DNA from: Octopus sinensis
Lineage: Eukaryota
Direction of reading: 5' to 3'
Length of the DNA: 64,000 bases
Assembly: GCF_006345805.1 (NCBI RefSeq)
Contig: NW_021833260.1
Coordinates: 17,369 to 81,368, forward strand
Shown: positions 38,463 through 52,460 of the stretch, in pieces
Layout of the letters: the number at the start of each line of letters is the position of its first letter
Position numbering within the stretch: position 1 is the first letter of the stretch
Position numbers and translations under genes: made by a program
Notes under the pieces: generated by a model
What the model saw: the letters and a program-made list of their open reading frames with translations, nothing else
Database searches by the model: none
Told to the model about the DNA's origin: nothing

Positions 38463-38879
38463 TATTTCTTTACTACCCACAAGGGGCTAAACACAGAGGT
38501 TACGAACAAGGTCAGAAAAATGGATTAAGTCGATTATATCGACCCCATTGTGTAACTGCTACTTAATTTATCGACCCCGAAAGGATGAAAGGCAAAGTCG
38601 ACCTCGGCGGAATTTGAACACAGAACGTAACGGCAGACGAAATACCTATTTCTTTACTACCCACAAGGGGCTAAACACAGAGGTTACGAACAAGGACAGA
38701 CAAACGGATTAAGTCGATTACATCGACCCCAGTGCGTTATTGGTACTTAATTTATCGACCCCGAGAGGATGAAAGGCAAAGTCGACCTCGGCGGAATTTG
38801 AACTCAGAACGTAACGCCAGACGAAATACCGCTAGGCATTTCGCTCGGCGTGCTAACTTTTCTGCCAGCTCACCGCCTT
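38463..38879 (-). mobile_element. SINE-B dimer
   Basis: Two ~184-bp units joined at cagacgaaatacctatttc, the same junction as in 24824-25778. Confidence 0.9.
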
Positions 38880-38893
38880 ATGTATATATGCAG

Positions 38894-38941
<48 letters not shown>

Positions 38942-39291
38942 GTGTGTTTCTGTCTGTGTGTGTCGGGGTAGGTGTGGTTCCGAATTCAGTCCCACTGCGT
39001 TGCACCTTTGGGCTTGTGTCTTCTGCTATAACACTCAGAGCGAGCTCACATCGGTCGGTAAAGGGGCGATAGAATATGTACCAGAGTTACGAAGGCAAAT
39101 TTATAAAAGATGGAGGCCGATTTTGCTCCTCTGCACTCTTCAAGGCGGTGCTCCAGCATGGGCGCACTCACACCACTGAAATAAGAAAAAGAAAGATTAA
39201 AAGAATCACAGTATAGCAATATATGTTTCAGCAGAAACTCACATCATTTACATAAACAGATATATACATATGTATACATATATAAATATAT

Positions 39292-39584
39292 ATCACGTGA
39301 TCACGTGACCGACCGACCATCAGATGTTGCTACACTCGCTGTCACAATGCGTTCGCATGTTTAGCCTTCGAACGACGCCACCCCGCTGGCTAAGCGAGCA
39401 GGCCAACAGAAGAAAGTGGGATAAGAGTGGTGAAAGAGTACAGCAGGGATCACCACCCACTACCGGGCATCTTGGAGCTTTTAGGTGTTTTCGCTCAATA
39501 AACACACATAACGCCCGGTCTGGGAATCGAACCGCGATCCTCCGACCGCGAGTCCGCTGCCCTAACACTGGGCCATTGCGCCTC

Positions 39585-39586
<2 letters not shown>
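39292..39586 (-). mobile_element. SINE with a family-C head and a different 3' tail
   Basis: 39430-39586 matches the family C head; 39292-39420 does not match the family C tail. Confidence 0.65.
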
Positions 39587-39635
<49 letters not shown>

Positions 39636-41108
39636 TAAATAAAATAAAACATATGCATATATATAAACATATATGTACTACCTACCTCTACATGTACATA
39701 TACACGCATATATATATAATATATACATGCATATATATATATATTATATATATTATATATATTTACATATACATATATATATACATATTATATATGTATA
39801 TATATATATACATATATACATATGCATGTATATATATATATGTGTGAATGTGTGTGTTGTGTGTGTGTGTGGTGTGTGTGTGTGTGTGTGTGTGGTTTGC
39901 GTGTGTTTCTGTCTGTGTGTGTCGGGTAGGTGTGGTTCCGAATTCAGTCCCACTGCGTTGCACCTTTGGGCTTGTGTCTTCTTGCTATAACACCAGAGCG
40001 AGCTCACATCGGTCGGTAAAGGGGCGATTAGAATATGTACCAGAGTTACGAAGCCAAATTCTAAAAGATGGAGGCCGATTTTGCTCCATCTTGGAGCATC
40101 TTGAGAGCTTTTAGGTATGTTTTCGCCTCATAAACACAGAAATAACGCCCGGTCTGGGAATCGAAAACCGCAATTCTTCCGACCGCGAGGTCCGATGCCC
40201 TAACACTGGGCCATTGCGCATCCAACATTTATTATAATAATATATAGATATATATATATAATATATTAATAAATAAAATAAAAAGCATATGCATATATAT
40301 AAAACATTATTATGTATATACCTACCTCTACATGTAAATATACACGCATATATATATAATATATACATGCAGATATATATATATATATATATATATTACA
40401 TATACATATATATATACATATATATATATGTTATATATATATACATATATACATATGCATTGTATATATATAGTGTGACATGAATGTGATTTATTGGTGT
40501 GTGTGTGTGTGTGTTGTGTGTGTGTATGTACTTACTCGTGCACCTACATACGCACAGATATATAAATGCGTATATAGCGGATATGTATGATTGCCAGAAG
40601 CGACGACAACGAGAGCTGTAGAGCTTATTGTGGTATAATATAATACAAAATCCAAGATGCATTATACATTATTTTGAGATTTTACCCTATACTTTTCTTA
40701 ATTCAATCTTTAAGTTTGAACTCATCCTAAAGTCAAATTGTGAGGAACCCAATTCGCTCCTCCCGAAGGCCCCGAAGTTCTGAGTGTTGTGACAAACCGG
40801 TTGCCGGATTAAGGTAACAATGAGAGGACAGGAGGAATTCCTCCTCCATTTCGCTCAGCTTCCTCTCTTGCAAAAACACTGCACCGTGTAAATGGATTAA
40901 ATTATAATGAAAATAGTTACCGACAGCACTACTTGTCCACATAGATGTACAAGTGCTCATCTAGTAACTTTTCATTCTAGTGGACGATATCTCCATTTAT
41001 TAAACACGCATTGTCTATTTCCATAATGAAACACCATTTTCTTGAACTATCAACCTCTTACATCAGAATTTTAAACAATATTTCCATCTAATTCAATATA
41101 TCAGCAAA

Positions 41109-41504
41109 TCTCTCTATATATAAAGCTGAAGTTGTCTGTGTATGCCAGGTTTGGTAGCCTTCAACTAACACTATCTCCTCCGAGACCCTGCGGCACAAGT
41201 TGACCGAAATTGAGTGTATGATAGAAGAAAGCTTGCTTTTCATTCCGTAGAAGAAAAAATTCAAATTTGACCATGTTAAGACCAAAAATTATTTACATAA
41301 AAAAGATGGGGTTTTTTTTTCTATGAAAATCCCTATTTTTTACGATTTTTTTACTGCTGTGTCGCCATGTTTCGGTGTATTTCAATCAGAAAAATGTTCA
41401 CTTAAAGAGCATAACAAGCTACATAATGCAAAATTTTTACTTTTCAAAAATTCCAAATCTAAAGGGTCGAAACAAACCCGAGCAACACCGGGCGATACTG
41501 CTAG
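41109..41504 (+). mobile_element. Non-autonomous Helitron-like element
   Basis: A|TCtctctatatataaag ... cccgagcaacaccggg cgatactgCTAG|T. Confidence 0.8.
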
Positions 41505-42940
41505 TTATATCCATTTTCCCCTGATTAAAATTTTGCTACACAGGCGCCATTTTCATTTCACATTGCATCTTATATTTCCTGTTTCCAGTGTATCCTTATA
41601 TTTGGATCCCTGTATATATGGTTATGTTATAGCTTTTTATGTGTGTATGTGTGCATCGCTGAATTAATGTGCATGCGTTTGTAGAGTATTGTTGTTACCA
41701 TCCTCGTGCATGCTCGCATTTGCCTGTATTTAAGCCAATACGCGTCCGTGTAATATTTTGCATTTTTCAATTTGCTATTTGTTCATTTAACGAATCTTAA
41801 ATGCAACTACGTGCATACATTCATTAATTATATTTACAGATTTTAAAATGGCGGATTTAAAATTAACCAAGCTATCTCAGCTTTCTCTTTTACAAGTCCT
41901 CCTCTCTTTCTCTCTTGATATATATACATATATATACATTATACGTATGCACACACTGCACACGCGCACCAGTACACATAGAACACATACACACGCACAA
42001 ACGCATACACGACTACCCCCGCCACACACAGAGAGATTAATTTAGATTTTCGACCGGTGTTAACACAGGCTATGTCTAACCTGATAAAATTCTTTGAGCT
42101 TTGATTACGTCATCTTCTGTGTCACTATAATTTACTGAAGTAAAGAACTATTTCGCCGTAAGGAATCCAGGAGGATTTTATCCGTGTACTATTTTTTTTT
42201 CGCCTTGAATTATGTTGGGATAATGTTAAATATGGCCGGGTCAGTTGAAGCAAAATAGTAGTATCACAACTTTCTTATTTGATGTGCCTGATTAATATAA
42301 AAGGAACATGGCAGACTTTCCAACGGTGAGTGATTTTTACACTTGTCTAATGATCATTTGCGTAATGCTTTTGGTATATTTTTTTCACATTGATGTAGCT
42401 CTCACAGACTGAGTATTATGATTTGGTCCTTTTTTTCTTTACTTTGCCCTTTTCCTTTCTTTTATTCTTTTAGTTCTTGTAAATGCCTTCAACAGAGACT
42501 CAAACTCTATGTTGACTGATGATGGAGTATGGAGGGATTTTTAAAGTCCAATGATACCCTACATACCTATTTGATTATGAAGGTTAGATTTACAAACATA
42601 CTTTCTCAGTGAAACTCAATATACCCACCATTATAGATAATACCAAATGTACATTTTCGGATTTTTCATAATGTGATGGAGGTCTTTGGTATGGCAATTG
42701 CATGCGGCTGAAGAGAGCTTTAAACCATCTGTTATGTCGATTATACATTGATGTAAGAATAGGTTGTTGTATAAAGCTTGAAACACGTGTACCGCGACAT
42801 CCTTTCGTGTTCTGTTTTTTATATCATTTGATGCATATACCCTCTCACCTCTGCTACTAGCTGGCATATACAGGTGCTTACACTTATCAAGTATTCACCC
42901 TGAATTTATTGTACCTACCATGTATATATATATATATATA

Positions 42941-43270
42941 TACGAAAGAAGGTTTGAAAATGCAATTTTAAAAGATGTTTATTTACTTTACCGGTTTCAC
43001 TCTTTAGAAAAAGATTGTCAAAAGTAACATGCATTTGTTTGGTTGAGTTAATTATTGGTTGTTACAAATTTCTACAATACATATATACAGTCTTTGGTAA
43101 CATGTTCTTGTTACCAAAGACTGTATATATGTAATGTAGCATTTTGTAAAAAAACCAAAATTAACTCAACCAAACTTTTACATGTTACTTTTGACAATCT
43201 TTTTCTAAAGAGTGAAACCGGTAAAGTAACAAACATCTTTTAAAATTGCAATTTTCAACCTTCTTTCGTA
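42941..43270. repeat. 330-bp near-perfect palindrome
   Basis: Arms pair from tacgaaagaagg/ccttctttcgta inward to a 6-nt loop at 43103-43108. Confidence 0.9.
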
Positions 43271-43309
43271 TATAATTCCACTCGTGCGGTACCTTACAAC
43301 TCCACTTTG

Positions 43310-43352
<43 letters not shown>

Positions 43353-43446
43353 TATATATTATATGTGTATGTGTGTGTGTGTGTTCGTGCATGTGTATAT
43401 AGAGTGACAGCAAAGAGACTGGATGAAGGGATTAGTGTATGGTGAT

Positions 43447-43479
<33 letters not shown>

Positions 43480-43491
43480 GGGCAGACAGAC

Positions 43492-43603
<112 letters not shown>

Positions 43604-43869
43604 GGATAGATACAGGGGTAGAAAATCAGTGGGTGAGTGGATTAGTGCATAAATTCATGAATGCCTGAATGCATGAGTGATTGAGTGAGTGAAATTGATT
43701 GATTGAGTGAGTAAAAGAGTAAAGGAAAAAGCAAGAGAGAGAGTATAGGAGCCAGAAGTGTAACATAACATAACGAAATGAATGAAGGCGCGAGGCAAAA
43801 ACGAGAGCGATCCCGTGCCAAACCGCAGAACACTTGGCGTGCATACTAAAAGCCATAAGGCAATATTTG

Positions 43870-44020
43870 TACAACCAATCATCAAACATGTTTTGAAGTG
43901 TTTCAGCCAATGAAACGGCACTTGACTGATTGACAAGGCTAATAAGGGACTGTAAGCGAGGCCAGCAGTGACAATAGCTGCGAGGTAAATATATTTAGAA
44001 ACCAAACAAAATGGCAGCTG
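43870..44020 (+). promoter_or_regulatory. Candidate promoter/enhancer motif cluster
   Basis: CCAAT at 43875 and 43907, TGATTGACA at 43927, and AAAATGGC plus CAGCTG at 44008-44020, in non-repetitive CpG-retaining sequence. Confidence 0.35.
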
Positions 44021-44099
44021 GCTTTCGTTAAGTCGCGTCTTTTAGTGATTCATTCGTACGCCGGACAATATTACAATGCAGCGCTTGTTACGGCGTTTG

Positions 44100-44241
44100 A
44101 GTTTGATGACGATATAGCTGTGGTTGGTGGCGGTGTCATTGTATATGAGGATGACGATGGTGACGACGGCGGCGATGAGGATGATGATGATGATGATGAT
44201 GATGGCGGTAGTGATGGCGGTGGTGGTGGGGTGACTTTGAC

Positions 44242-44275
<34 letters not shown>

Positions 44276-44430
44276 TTGATGGTGGTAGTGATGTTGCTGA
44301 AGATGGTGGTGGTGGTGGTGGTGGTGGAGGTGAGGATGTCGATAGTGATGATGATGATGGTGGTGGTGGTCGTCGTCGTGGTCATGGTGGTGGTGACCAT
44401 GACGACGACGATGATGATGATGATGATGAT

Positions 44431-44462
<32 letters not shown>

Positions 44463-44621
44463 TGATAATGATGACGATCATGATGATGATGATGACAACG
44501 CCGACAACGACGACGAGACGATGATGATGATGAAGATGATGATAATGTTGATGATGATGATGATGACGACGATGATGATGAGGATGATGATGACGATGAC
44601 GACGATGACGACGACTACGGC

Positions 44622-44658
<37 letters not shown>

Positions 44659-44670
44659 TTGATGATAATA
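44100..44670. repeat. (GAT)/(GGT)/(GAC)n microsatellite
   Basis: Direct reading. Confidence 0.9.
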
Positions 44671-44696
44671 TTAAGGGACGTTATTATTTAACCCCA

Positions 44697-45692
44697 GTAA
44701 GGCGACAAGCTGCAAGAAACGTTAGCATGCCGGAGAAAATTCTTAACGGTATATTTTTTTCCGGGTCTTTACGATCTGAGTTCAAATTCCGCCTAGCTCC
44801 ATTTTGAAATTTCCTTCTTTCAGACCGGATAAAATGATTACCAATTGAACACTGGGAGTCGATATTATGTAGTAGCACCCTCTCCCAAAATTTCACGCCT
44901 TGTGCCTGTTCTAGAAAAAAAGGTCATTGAGCCCCCACAATGTGGTAAACTTGCAGAACCATAAAGCGCGTCGGACAAAATGTTTAGCGGCACTTTTCAG
45001 GTTCAGTGTTATCTGTGTTCATATTCTGCCGAATCTAACTCGCTATTCATCATTTCGGGGCCGATAAAATAAGTACCAGTAATATATTAAAGTGGAGCTA
45101 ATTGACCTCTCCTTCTCTTCAAAATTACTAGCCTTGTGGCAAAATCGGAATCATTTAGCCCCAGTCGAATGACCAAAGACATAAGAGCCGTGACCATTCC
45201 GTATTTCTAATAGTATGCCAGACTAAATTATCTGCCTGTTCTTTGAAGAATTTAAGACAGCACGCAGTGATATGAGGGAGATATGACTACCATTTCTAGC
45301 CATATAGAATCCCCACTCCTTGTTGATTTGAATATTGGATGCTTTGTCATAAGGCGCATGGGAAGGCGCATGGTTTAGTCGTTAGGGTTTTTGGCTCACG
45401 ATGGCAAGTTTATTAATTAGTTCGACAACCAGCGGCGCTTTGTGTCCTTCATCAAGGCACATTTATTTCACGTTGCTTCAGTCAACTCATTTGGCGAAAA
45501 TGAGTTGTCCTTGTAATTGAAAGGGCCAACCTTGTCACATTCTATGACAAGCTAAATCTGCCGGAGAATTTTACTTTGGGAGCACGCTTCTTTGTGGAGG
45601 GCTGAACCACTTGCAGGTTAATTTTAGGAGCAGGCTGCTCCATTGGTCGAATCAACTAAAACCTTCATCGCCGTAACCGACGGAGTACCAGT
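44697..45692 (+). mobile_element. Cluster of old SINE-B and SINE-C copies
   Basis: Diverged cores at ~44697-44915, ~44940-45150 and ~45362-45692. Confidence 0.6.
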
Positions 45693-46087
45693 GATGAGAG
45701 AGTTATGCTGATAGTTTATGTAGTTGATTTTGAAGTTTAGTCCTAGCTCAGTTTATGGAGTAGAATTATGAGCAAAACTAACAACTTTGACCAATCCGCG
45801 TCATTTTTTTTTGTTTATTTGTTTATTTGCGGGAGGAGATTTATTTATTTATTTATTTAGTTGTGTATTTTAAAGATACTGCCAGCAAGTGACAATGCCT
45901 CTACATTGCAATTATCCCTATTTACTTCCCAACCACATGGTTCCGGGTTCAGTCTCACTGCGTGGCACCTGGTGCAAGTGTCTTCTACTATAGCTTAGGG
46001 CGGACCAAAACCAGAATATAAGGAACCGGAATAAATAAAATAATTTCACTAAAACTTTAATGACATTGTCAATTCGGCCAGTCGAAT

Positions 46088-46526
46088 AAATTCTTTTCTA
46101 CTCTAGGCACAATTCCCGAAATTTTGAGGGAGGGATGGTGCAGTCTATCAGATCGACTCCAGTACGCAACTGGTACTTAAGTTATCGACCCCGAAAGGAT
46201 GAAAGGCAAAGTCGACTTTAGTAGAATTTGAACTCATAACATAAAGACAGACGAAATACCGCTAAGCATTTCGCCCGGCGTGCTAACGTTTCTTATTTCT
46301 TTATTGCCCACAAGGGGCTAAACATAGAGGGGACAAACAAGGACAGACAAACGGATTAAGTCGATTATATTCACTCCAGTGCGTAACTGGTACTTATTTA
46401 ATCGACCCCTAAAGGATGAAAGGCAAAGTTGACCTCGGCGGAATTTGAACTCAGAACGTAACGGCAGACGAAATACGGCTACGCATTTCGCCCGACGTGC
46501 TAACGTTTCTTCCAGCTCACCGCTTT
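46088..46526 (-). mobile_element. SINE-B dimer with two different tails
   Basis: One unit has the ctaggcacaa tail, the other the cccacaaggggcta tail; they join at cgtgctaacgtttc|ttatttc. Confidence 0.8.
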
Positions 46527-47436
46527 CCCAGTCTCACAAATTGCGAGTATCATACGTATAGACGTGAAATTTATGAGAGGAGTTGGTAGATCAAATTTCA
46601 TCTAATAGTCGGTCAGTATTTTATTTCATCGACTTGGAAAGCGAAGTTGACTCCAGCAGGATTTGTCCCAAGTACGAAAATTGTCGGAACGAAGTACGGT
46701 AAAGTTTTGGACACCCTAGCGATTCCACCACTCAATTGCTCTAGATTTTCTTTCTAAATTTCTAAACTTTTCCGATCTCTCCGATGCTATTCAACAATTT
46801 TCACGGATCAACTTGTTATCAACGACTATTATGACAAGTCCCGCCGAGGAAAGCTTTTGTTTCCCATATTCTAGAATCATATTACTCACACTACACCGTT
46901 CTGGAATTATCTCCCTCGAAGATATTTCTAACATGGATCTTTCCATAATTCTCTAAGGTTCTTCGTTGTAGTAGAAATTTATTTCTCACTTGCATATAAC
47001 AGCGCGGGATGAACGGTGGTCTCGAAGAGATTGGCTCGCAAGGCCTTGCTGAACCGTACTTTGAACACAGCAATAATGCAGTAATAATTTCAAGTAACTG
47101 TAATCTTAAAAGATGTGGAATAAATAGGCATGATGGCGATTGAGTTAAAGAACATTAAAATCAGAACGGAATGAATGAAACAAGTTTTAAGTTATTAAAA
47201 ATACACTTCAAATGTTGCCATTCTTCCCAATACACACACAGACGTGTGCTAACATCGATGCAGTGTCGATAAAGCCATACAACATACACATACACGCAAT
47301 GCTCGCACGTTATAAACACATGAATACGCAAAAATATATACGCACACATACTTACAAAACACAAGCATATTAACACATATACGAGCACATTTGCACATAT
47401 CCGCAAATGCATACGGGCGTATATTCGCATATCAAG

Positions 47437-47473
<37 letters not shown>

Positions 47474-47672
47474 AACAGTAATAAAGAAACACATGTCGCA
47501 AAACATACAGTAACACACACGTCGTTAATATGTGCAAACAATTACATCTAAAGAAACGCAAACCTAAAGAAACGCACTTACATCGACATGTGTATTCCAT
47601 ATATGAACATTTAAAGTACATACAAGCACAAACATATACGTAGATACACACATACATACAAGCACACACATA

Positions 47673-47785
<113 letters not shown>

Positions 47786-47804
47786 TTATATATATGTATG
47801 TATG

Positions 47805-47849
<45 letters not shown>

Positions 47850-48305
47850 AAACCGACAGGCATAGATACACAGACACACAGATACATACACACACACAAA
47901 AAACTACACAGATATAAGCACAGAACTATCACTCAGTAAGATACAGATGGTCATCGATTCACTGGTGCCGAATTCTTCCTTTTATTCCATTCCATATTCT
48001 GTGTTTGCCAAAGTCATGTGGCTCTTTTATCTAATAATAACAACAGCAGGAATTCTAGTACAAATAAAAATAACAAAATCTTCATTGAAACAGATTGAGT
48101 CTGCGAAAGGAAACAGGCTTGTTGGCGTCCATTAAGCAAGAAGGACGGTGTTACATTTGAAACAATAGTATTTGGTCAATAGATATTCTGTGTTTTAGTG
48201 GAGTAAAGAATAACAAGCGTAGTTGAAATAATTTGGATAATTCATGGCGACCAATATAAAGCAAAAATACAAGGCGAAAATAAGTTGTTTAGATTGAAAC
48301 ACAGC

Positions 48306-48367
<62 letters not shown>

Positions 48368-48393
48368 TGATGGCATGCACTGCTCTCTTACTC

Positions 48394-48430
<37 letters not shown>

Positions 48431-48934
48431 TGTAATAGAAATGTTTTAAAAACAAAACATTGATGTCAGTTGGTGTGCGATGGGAAAGTTTTATGACAAT
48501 GAAACACACAATGCATTTTAAATTTCAACTCAGATAGCAACGATGAGAAGTATGATGGCGACGATGAAAAAATGGGAGTAAAGAAATAAAATATGGAAAC
48601 GCTCTAAACGCTCGCCCAATTTGCCGCCATTATTAATGGTTTCTTAATGGCCACCGACTTCAATGAAATATATGTTGTTAAACAATAGTCTTGTTGATCA
48701 TATTCTAACGTCTAAAGGATTTTAAACCACAATGAGATTGCATAACTTTGTGCTACGAGCTTCTGAGGTTAGACGGGAAATAACATTGCTACAAAAGACG
48801 GAAAGACATCTATAATTTCAATGTACATTATTAGTTCCGAAGTATATATATATCCACGTTTATCTCTGTTTATTTCTTTTTATTCACTGACCCAGGTTAG
48901 CGGTACTTCCAGTTGGGAATCGTGTTATGCTTAT

Positions 48935-49166
48935 ATATTTCTTTACTACCCACAAGGGGCTAAAACACAGAGAGGACAAACAAGGACAGACAAACGGATT
49001 AAGTCGATTATATCCACCCCAGTGCGTAACTGGTGCTTATTTAATCGACCCCGAAAGGATGAAAGGCAAAGTCGACCTCGGCAGAATTTGAACTCAGAAC
49101 GTAACGGCAGACGAAATTACGGCTACGCATTTCGCCCGGCGTGCTAACGTTTCTGCCAGGTCGCTT
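48935..49166 (-). mobile_element. SINE family B monomer
   Basis: Full head and tail. Confidence 0.85.
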
Positions 49167-49500
49167 ATCACGGACTGATCTGTGGTAACACAAGACGGCG
49201 ATCAATCAAAGATTCCTGCTTGGACTGCAAAAGCATGCTCTAGCGAAAATCCACAATGCTCAGGATAAATTGAGGTCCCGGAAAAATACCCTATTGCCCC
49301 CATGTGTTCTATTATTCATCTATCTCTGATTCATTTAATACTCTGTATATTGGAGCAAAACTCCCGTGATAAACCAGAATTGATGTATTTCTTTACGGCA
49401 AAGGACATGATTACATATACATTGTTGTGGTGGATCCTGTTCGTTCGACAACGAAGATTTTATTGTTTGATCAACTGAATTACCTGCTCTTGAATTTATG

Positions 49501-49877
49501 GAAGCACTCCGTCGGTTACGACGATGAGGGTTCCGGTTGATCCGAATCAACGGAACAGCCTGCTCGTAAAATTAACGTGTAAGTGGCTGAGCACTCCACA
49601 GACACGTGTACCCTTACGTAGTTCTCGGGGATATTCAGCGTGACACAGAGAGTTTCAAGGCCGGCCCCTTGAAATACAGGTACAACAGAAACAGGAAGTG
49701 AGAGAAAGTTGTGGTGAAAGAGTACAGCAGGGATCACCACCATCCCCTGCCGGAGCCTCGTGGAGCTTTTAGGTGTTTTCACTTAATGAACACTCACAAT
49801 GCCCGGTCTGGGAATCGAAATCGCGATCCTATGACCGCGAGTCTGCTGCCCTAACCACTGGGCCATTGCGCCTCCAC
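49501..49877 (-). mobile_element. SINE family C, full length with TSD
   Basis: gctcttgaatt(t/a)atg at 49486-49500 and 49878-49892. Confidence 0.9.
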
Positions 49878-50374
49878 GCTCTTGAATTAATGTACACATG
49901 AATGAGGATTCTACTGATACGTATGCCCTTAAACAAAAATCTCCAGCGGAATCACTGTGACACACAGAAAGGCAAGGTTCTAACTCTAAAATTACAATTA
50001 CAATCAACCTACCAGGCTTTATAAACGTCTTCTGTCAACCCAATTTCACTCACAAGTTATGGGTCTAAACCACATAGCACAGCACATCACAACACACCAC
50101 CACGCACACACCAGCACTGACCACTTCCCAGCCCCACATTTTCACACTTACACATGCACACACGGACACGTCAAGAACACCAGCCCTCTTCCACATGCAC
50201 ATACAAACTCTCTTATACACACGTATGCGCACCTTCGTTTTGGGATCATCACTACTTTATTATCTCTCCTTCTCCCTAGCTCTACTGTGTGACCCTTCTG
50301 TTCGGCATTCGCCATGATAAATCGCTAGCCACTACACCTATATTTTCTCTCCTTGTTTCTTTCTGTGTTCCTTT

Positions 50375-50403
50375 CTGTGGAAGAGCGTAGGCTCGAAACG
50401 TTA
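50375..50403 (+). ncRNA. Degenerate minimal hammerhead ribozyme motif in a Penelope-like fragment (~50290-50460)
   Basis: CTGTGGA-a-GAGC gtag GCTC-GAAA-cgtta; the core CUGANGA is mutated. Confidence 0.45.
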
Positions 50404-50467
50404 AGGACATTTTCACTTCCCGAATGTTATACAAATACATCTGTTGTCTACACCACCTGTGTGTATT

Positions 50468-50633
50468 GTTATCGCCAAGCTAACATGGCAGTCCAGAAAA
50501 ATAGGATGAATGCTGCCGTTAATTAACTCCAATAGGCCATCACCTCTAGCTAGCTATGTGACACACGAACATGTGCCCATTATAACCTTCGAACAGAGTG
50601 GAGGTGGGACTGCCGTGTTAGCTTGGCGATAAC
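50468..50633. mobile_element. 166-bp MITE with 27-bp TIRs
   Basis: gttatcgccaagctaacatggcagtcc ... ggactgccgtgttagcttggcgataac, 1 mismatch. Confidence 0.8.
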
Positions 50634-50693
50634 TATTAAGATCTAGTACCGCTGCCGTAGTCTCCTTCAGAGAGACTTAGAAATATTAATGTT

Positions 50694-50724
<31 letters not shown>

Positions 50725-51618
50725 GTGTTGTGTGTGTGTGTGTGTGTGTGCGCGTGTGTGTGTTATTAAAAAGCAGCAAAAATATTACACAAACTGTTAT
50801 TCAGAGTTTCACGATCCCCTTCGTCGGGATATGCATATATGTGTGTGTGTGTGTCCTTGTGTCTGTGTTTGGCCCCCACGACATCCTGACAACCCCGACA
50901 GATATGTAAAAGGCTTTAAAAATTAAAAAAGGTCTGTGGGCGATTCGATCAACTAAAAATTCTTCAAGGTGTTCTCCCAGCACGGAAGCAGTTTAAGGAC
51001 CAAAACAATTAAAAGATAAAACACACGTATTCATGGATATGGAAAATGGTGTGATGCCACATCGTTATCACCATGTTCGCTGTATTTTGTAACAAGAAAG
51101 CCTGAGAATCCCTGCTCTAACTAACTCCCTCCTTATTATTTTCCCCCCTTTTTGTCTCTTATTCCTGTCTTCGTACCACTTTCCCAGTAATAGTACCGCA
51201 TTCCTAACACAGTGCCCCTCTTTAAATATCTCAAATTGTTTTGGCATTATCAATCAATGCGCTGCCATAAGTGATAATGTCGGAAATATTAGCTGCCAAA
51301 CTATTATTGGTAAAATTGTCATTATGCTTGTAAGGAACTAATCTCTTTACATCACTTTACGTCTCAAATTTCTTCGAATCTTTCAAAGTTCAGTTAAATT
51401 GTCGAAAATATCTCCCTCACAAAATCTTGTTCTCTCTCTTTCACTCTCTCTCTTTCTAGTTTTGTATGTCACTTTGTATCTCACTTTATAAGCAGAGACA
51501 CACTTGTACACACACGTGCATACATGTACATGTGTGTGTATGTGATTCTTAGTATGCATGTAAGAGTGTATCTGTATCTATATATATATATATATATATG
51601 CATGCACACACTCACACT

Positions 51619-51649
<31 letters not shown>

Positions 51650-51683
51650 CCCCTTCTGCATGTGTACAAGTGGATGATATATG

Positions 51684-51716
<33 letters not shown>

Positions 51717-52011
51717 ATGTGTGTGTGTATGTGTGTGTGTGTGTACATATCCATATCTATATGTATATACACATAAATACAGATATATACACATACATAT
51801 ATATATATATATATGTATATATATTAATGTGTTTGCTGTTGTCTTTCCCTTATAGTGTCATACTCATTTTCCTCCTAGTGTCATTCACATACGCACGCAC
51901 AAACACACCACTCACGTATATACATGCATGCATAGACATACATAGACATACATAGATATATGTATATGCATGCATATACATATCTAGATATATGTATATG
52001 CATACATATAT

Positions 52012-52043
<32 letters not shown>

Positions 52044-52142
52044 ATCCAAACATGAAAACACAAAGAGAAAACACAACAACGCGTGGACGTGGATCAAGTA
52101 TAGTATTATTGGACGCTCAGGAAATAAGGAAAGAAGGAGGTT

Positions 52143-52170
52143 CAACGTTTCGAGCGGAGCTCTTCGTCAG
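52143..52170 (-). ncRNA. Minimal (Penelope-type) hammerhead ribozyme motif
   Basis: Minus strand reads CTGACGA-a-GAGC tcc GCTC-GAAA-cgttg, within a Penelope pLTR-like fragment (~52040-52250). Confidence 0.65.
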
Positions 52171-52300
52171 AAACATAGGAAAAGGAAAGATCCAAAGAGG
52201 GAAGACGGAGGAAAAAAATCGCGAACGGTACACACGCGGTCACATTTGAATCACATTTTGTATATATATTATATATAATAATATATATATATATATATTA

Positions 52301-52332
<32 letters not shown>

Positions 52333-52460
52333 TATATGTAGTATAAATATATATATATAATGGGAAAGTTTACGAAAATAAACAAGAGACGAAGGCAGTG
52401 GAGTACAAACAAACAAATGTACTAGTATAGCGCTCAGGAATAGAAATAGAAAAAGTCTTT

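Noticed and set aside
41848-42045. ORF MADLKLTK... after tttacag with an AAAATGGCGG motif
   Set aside because: Runs into microsatellite sequence, with no homology and no donor site recognised.
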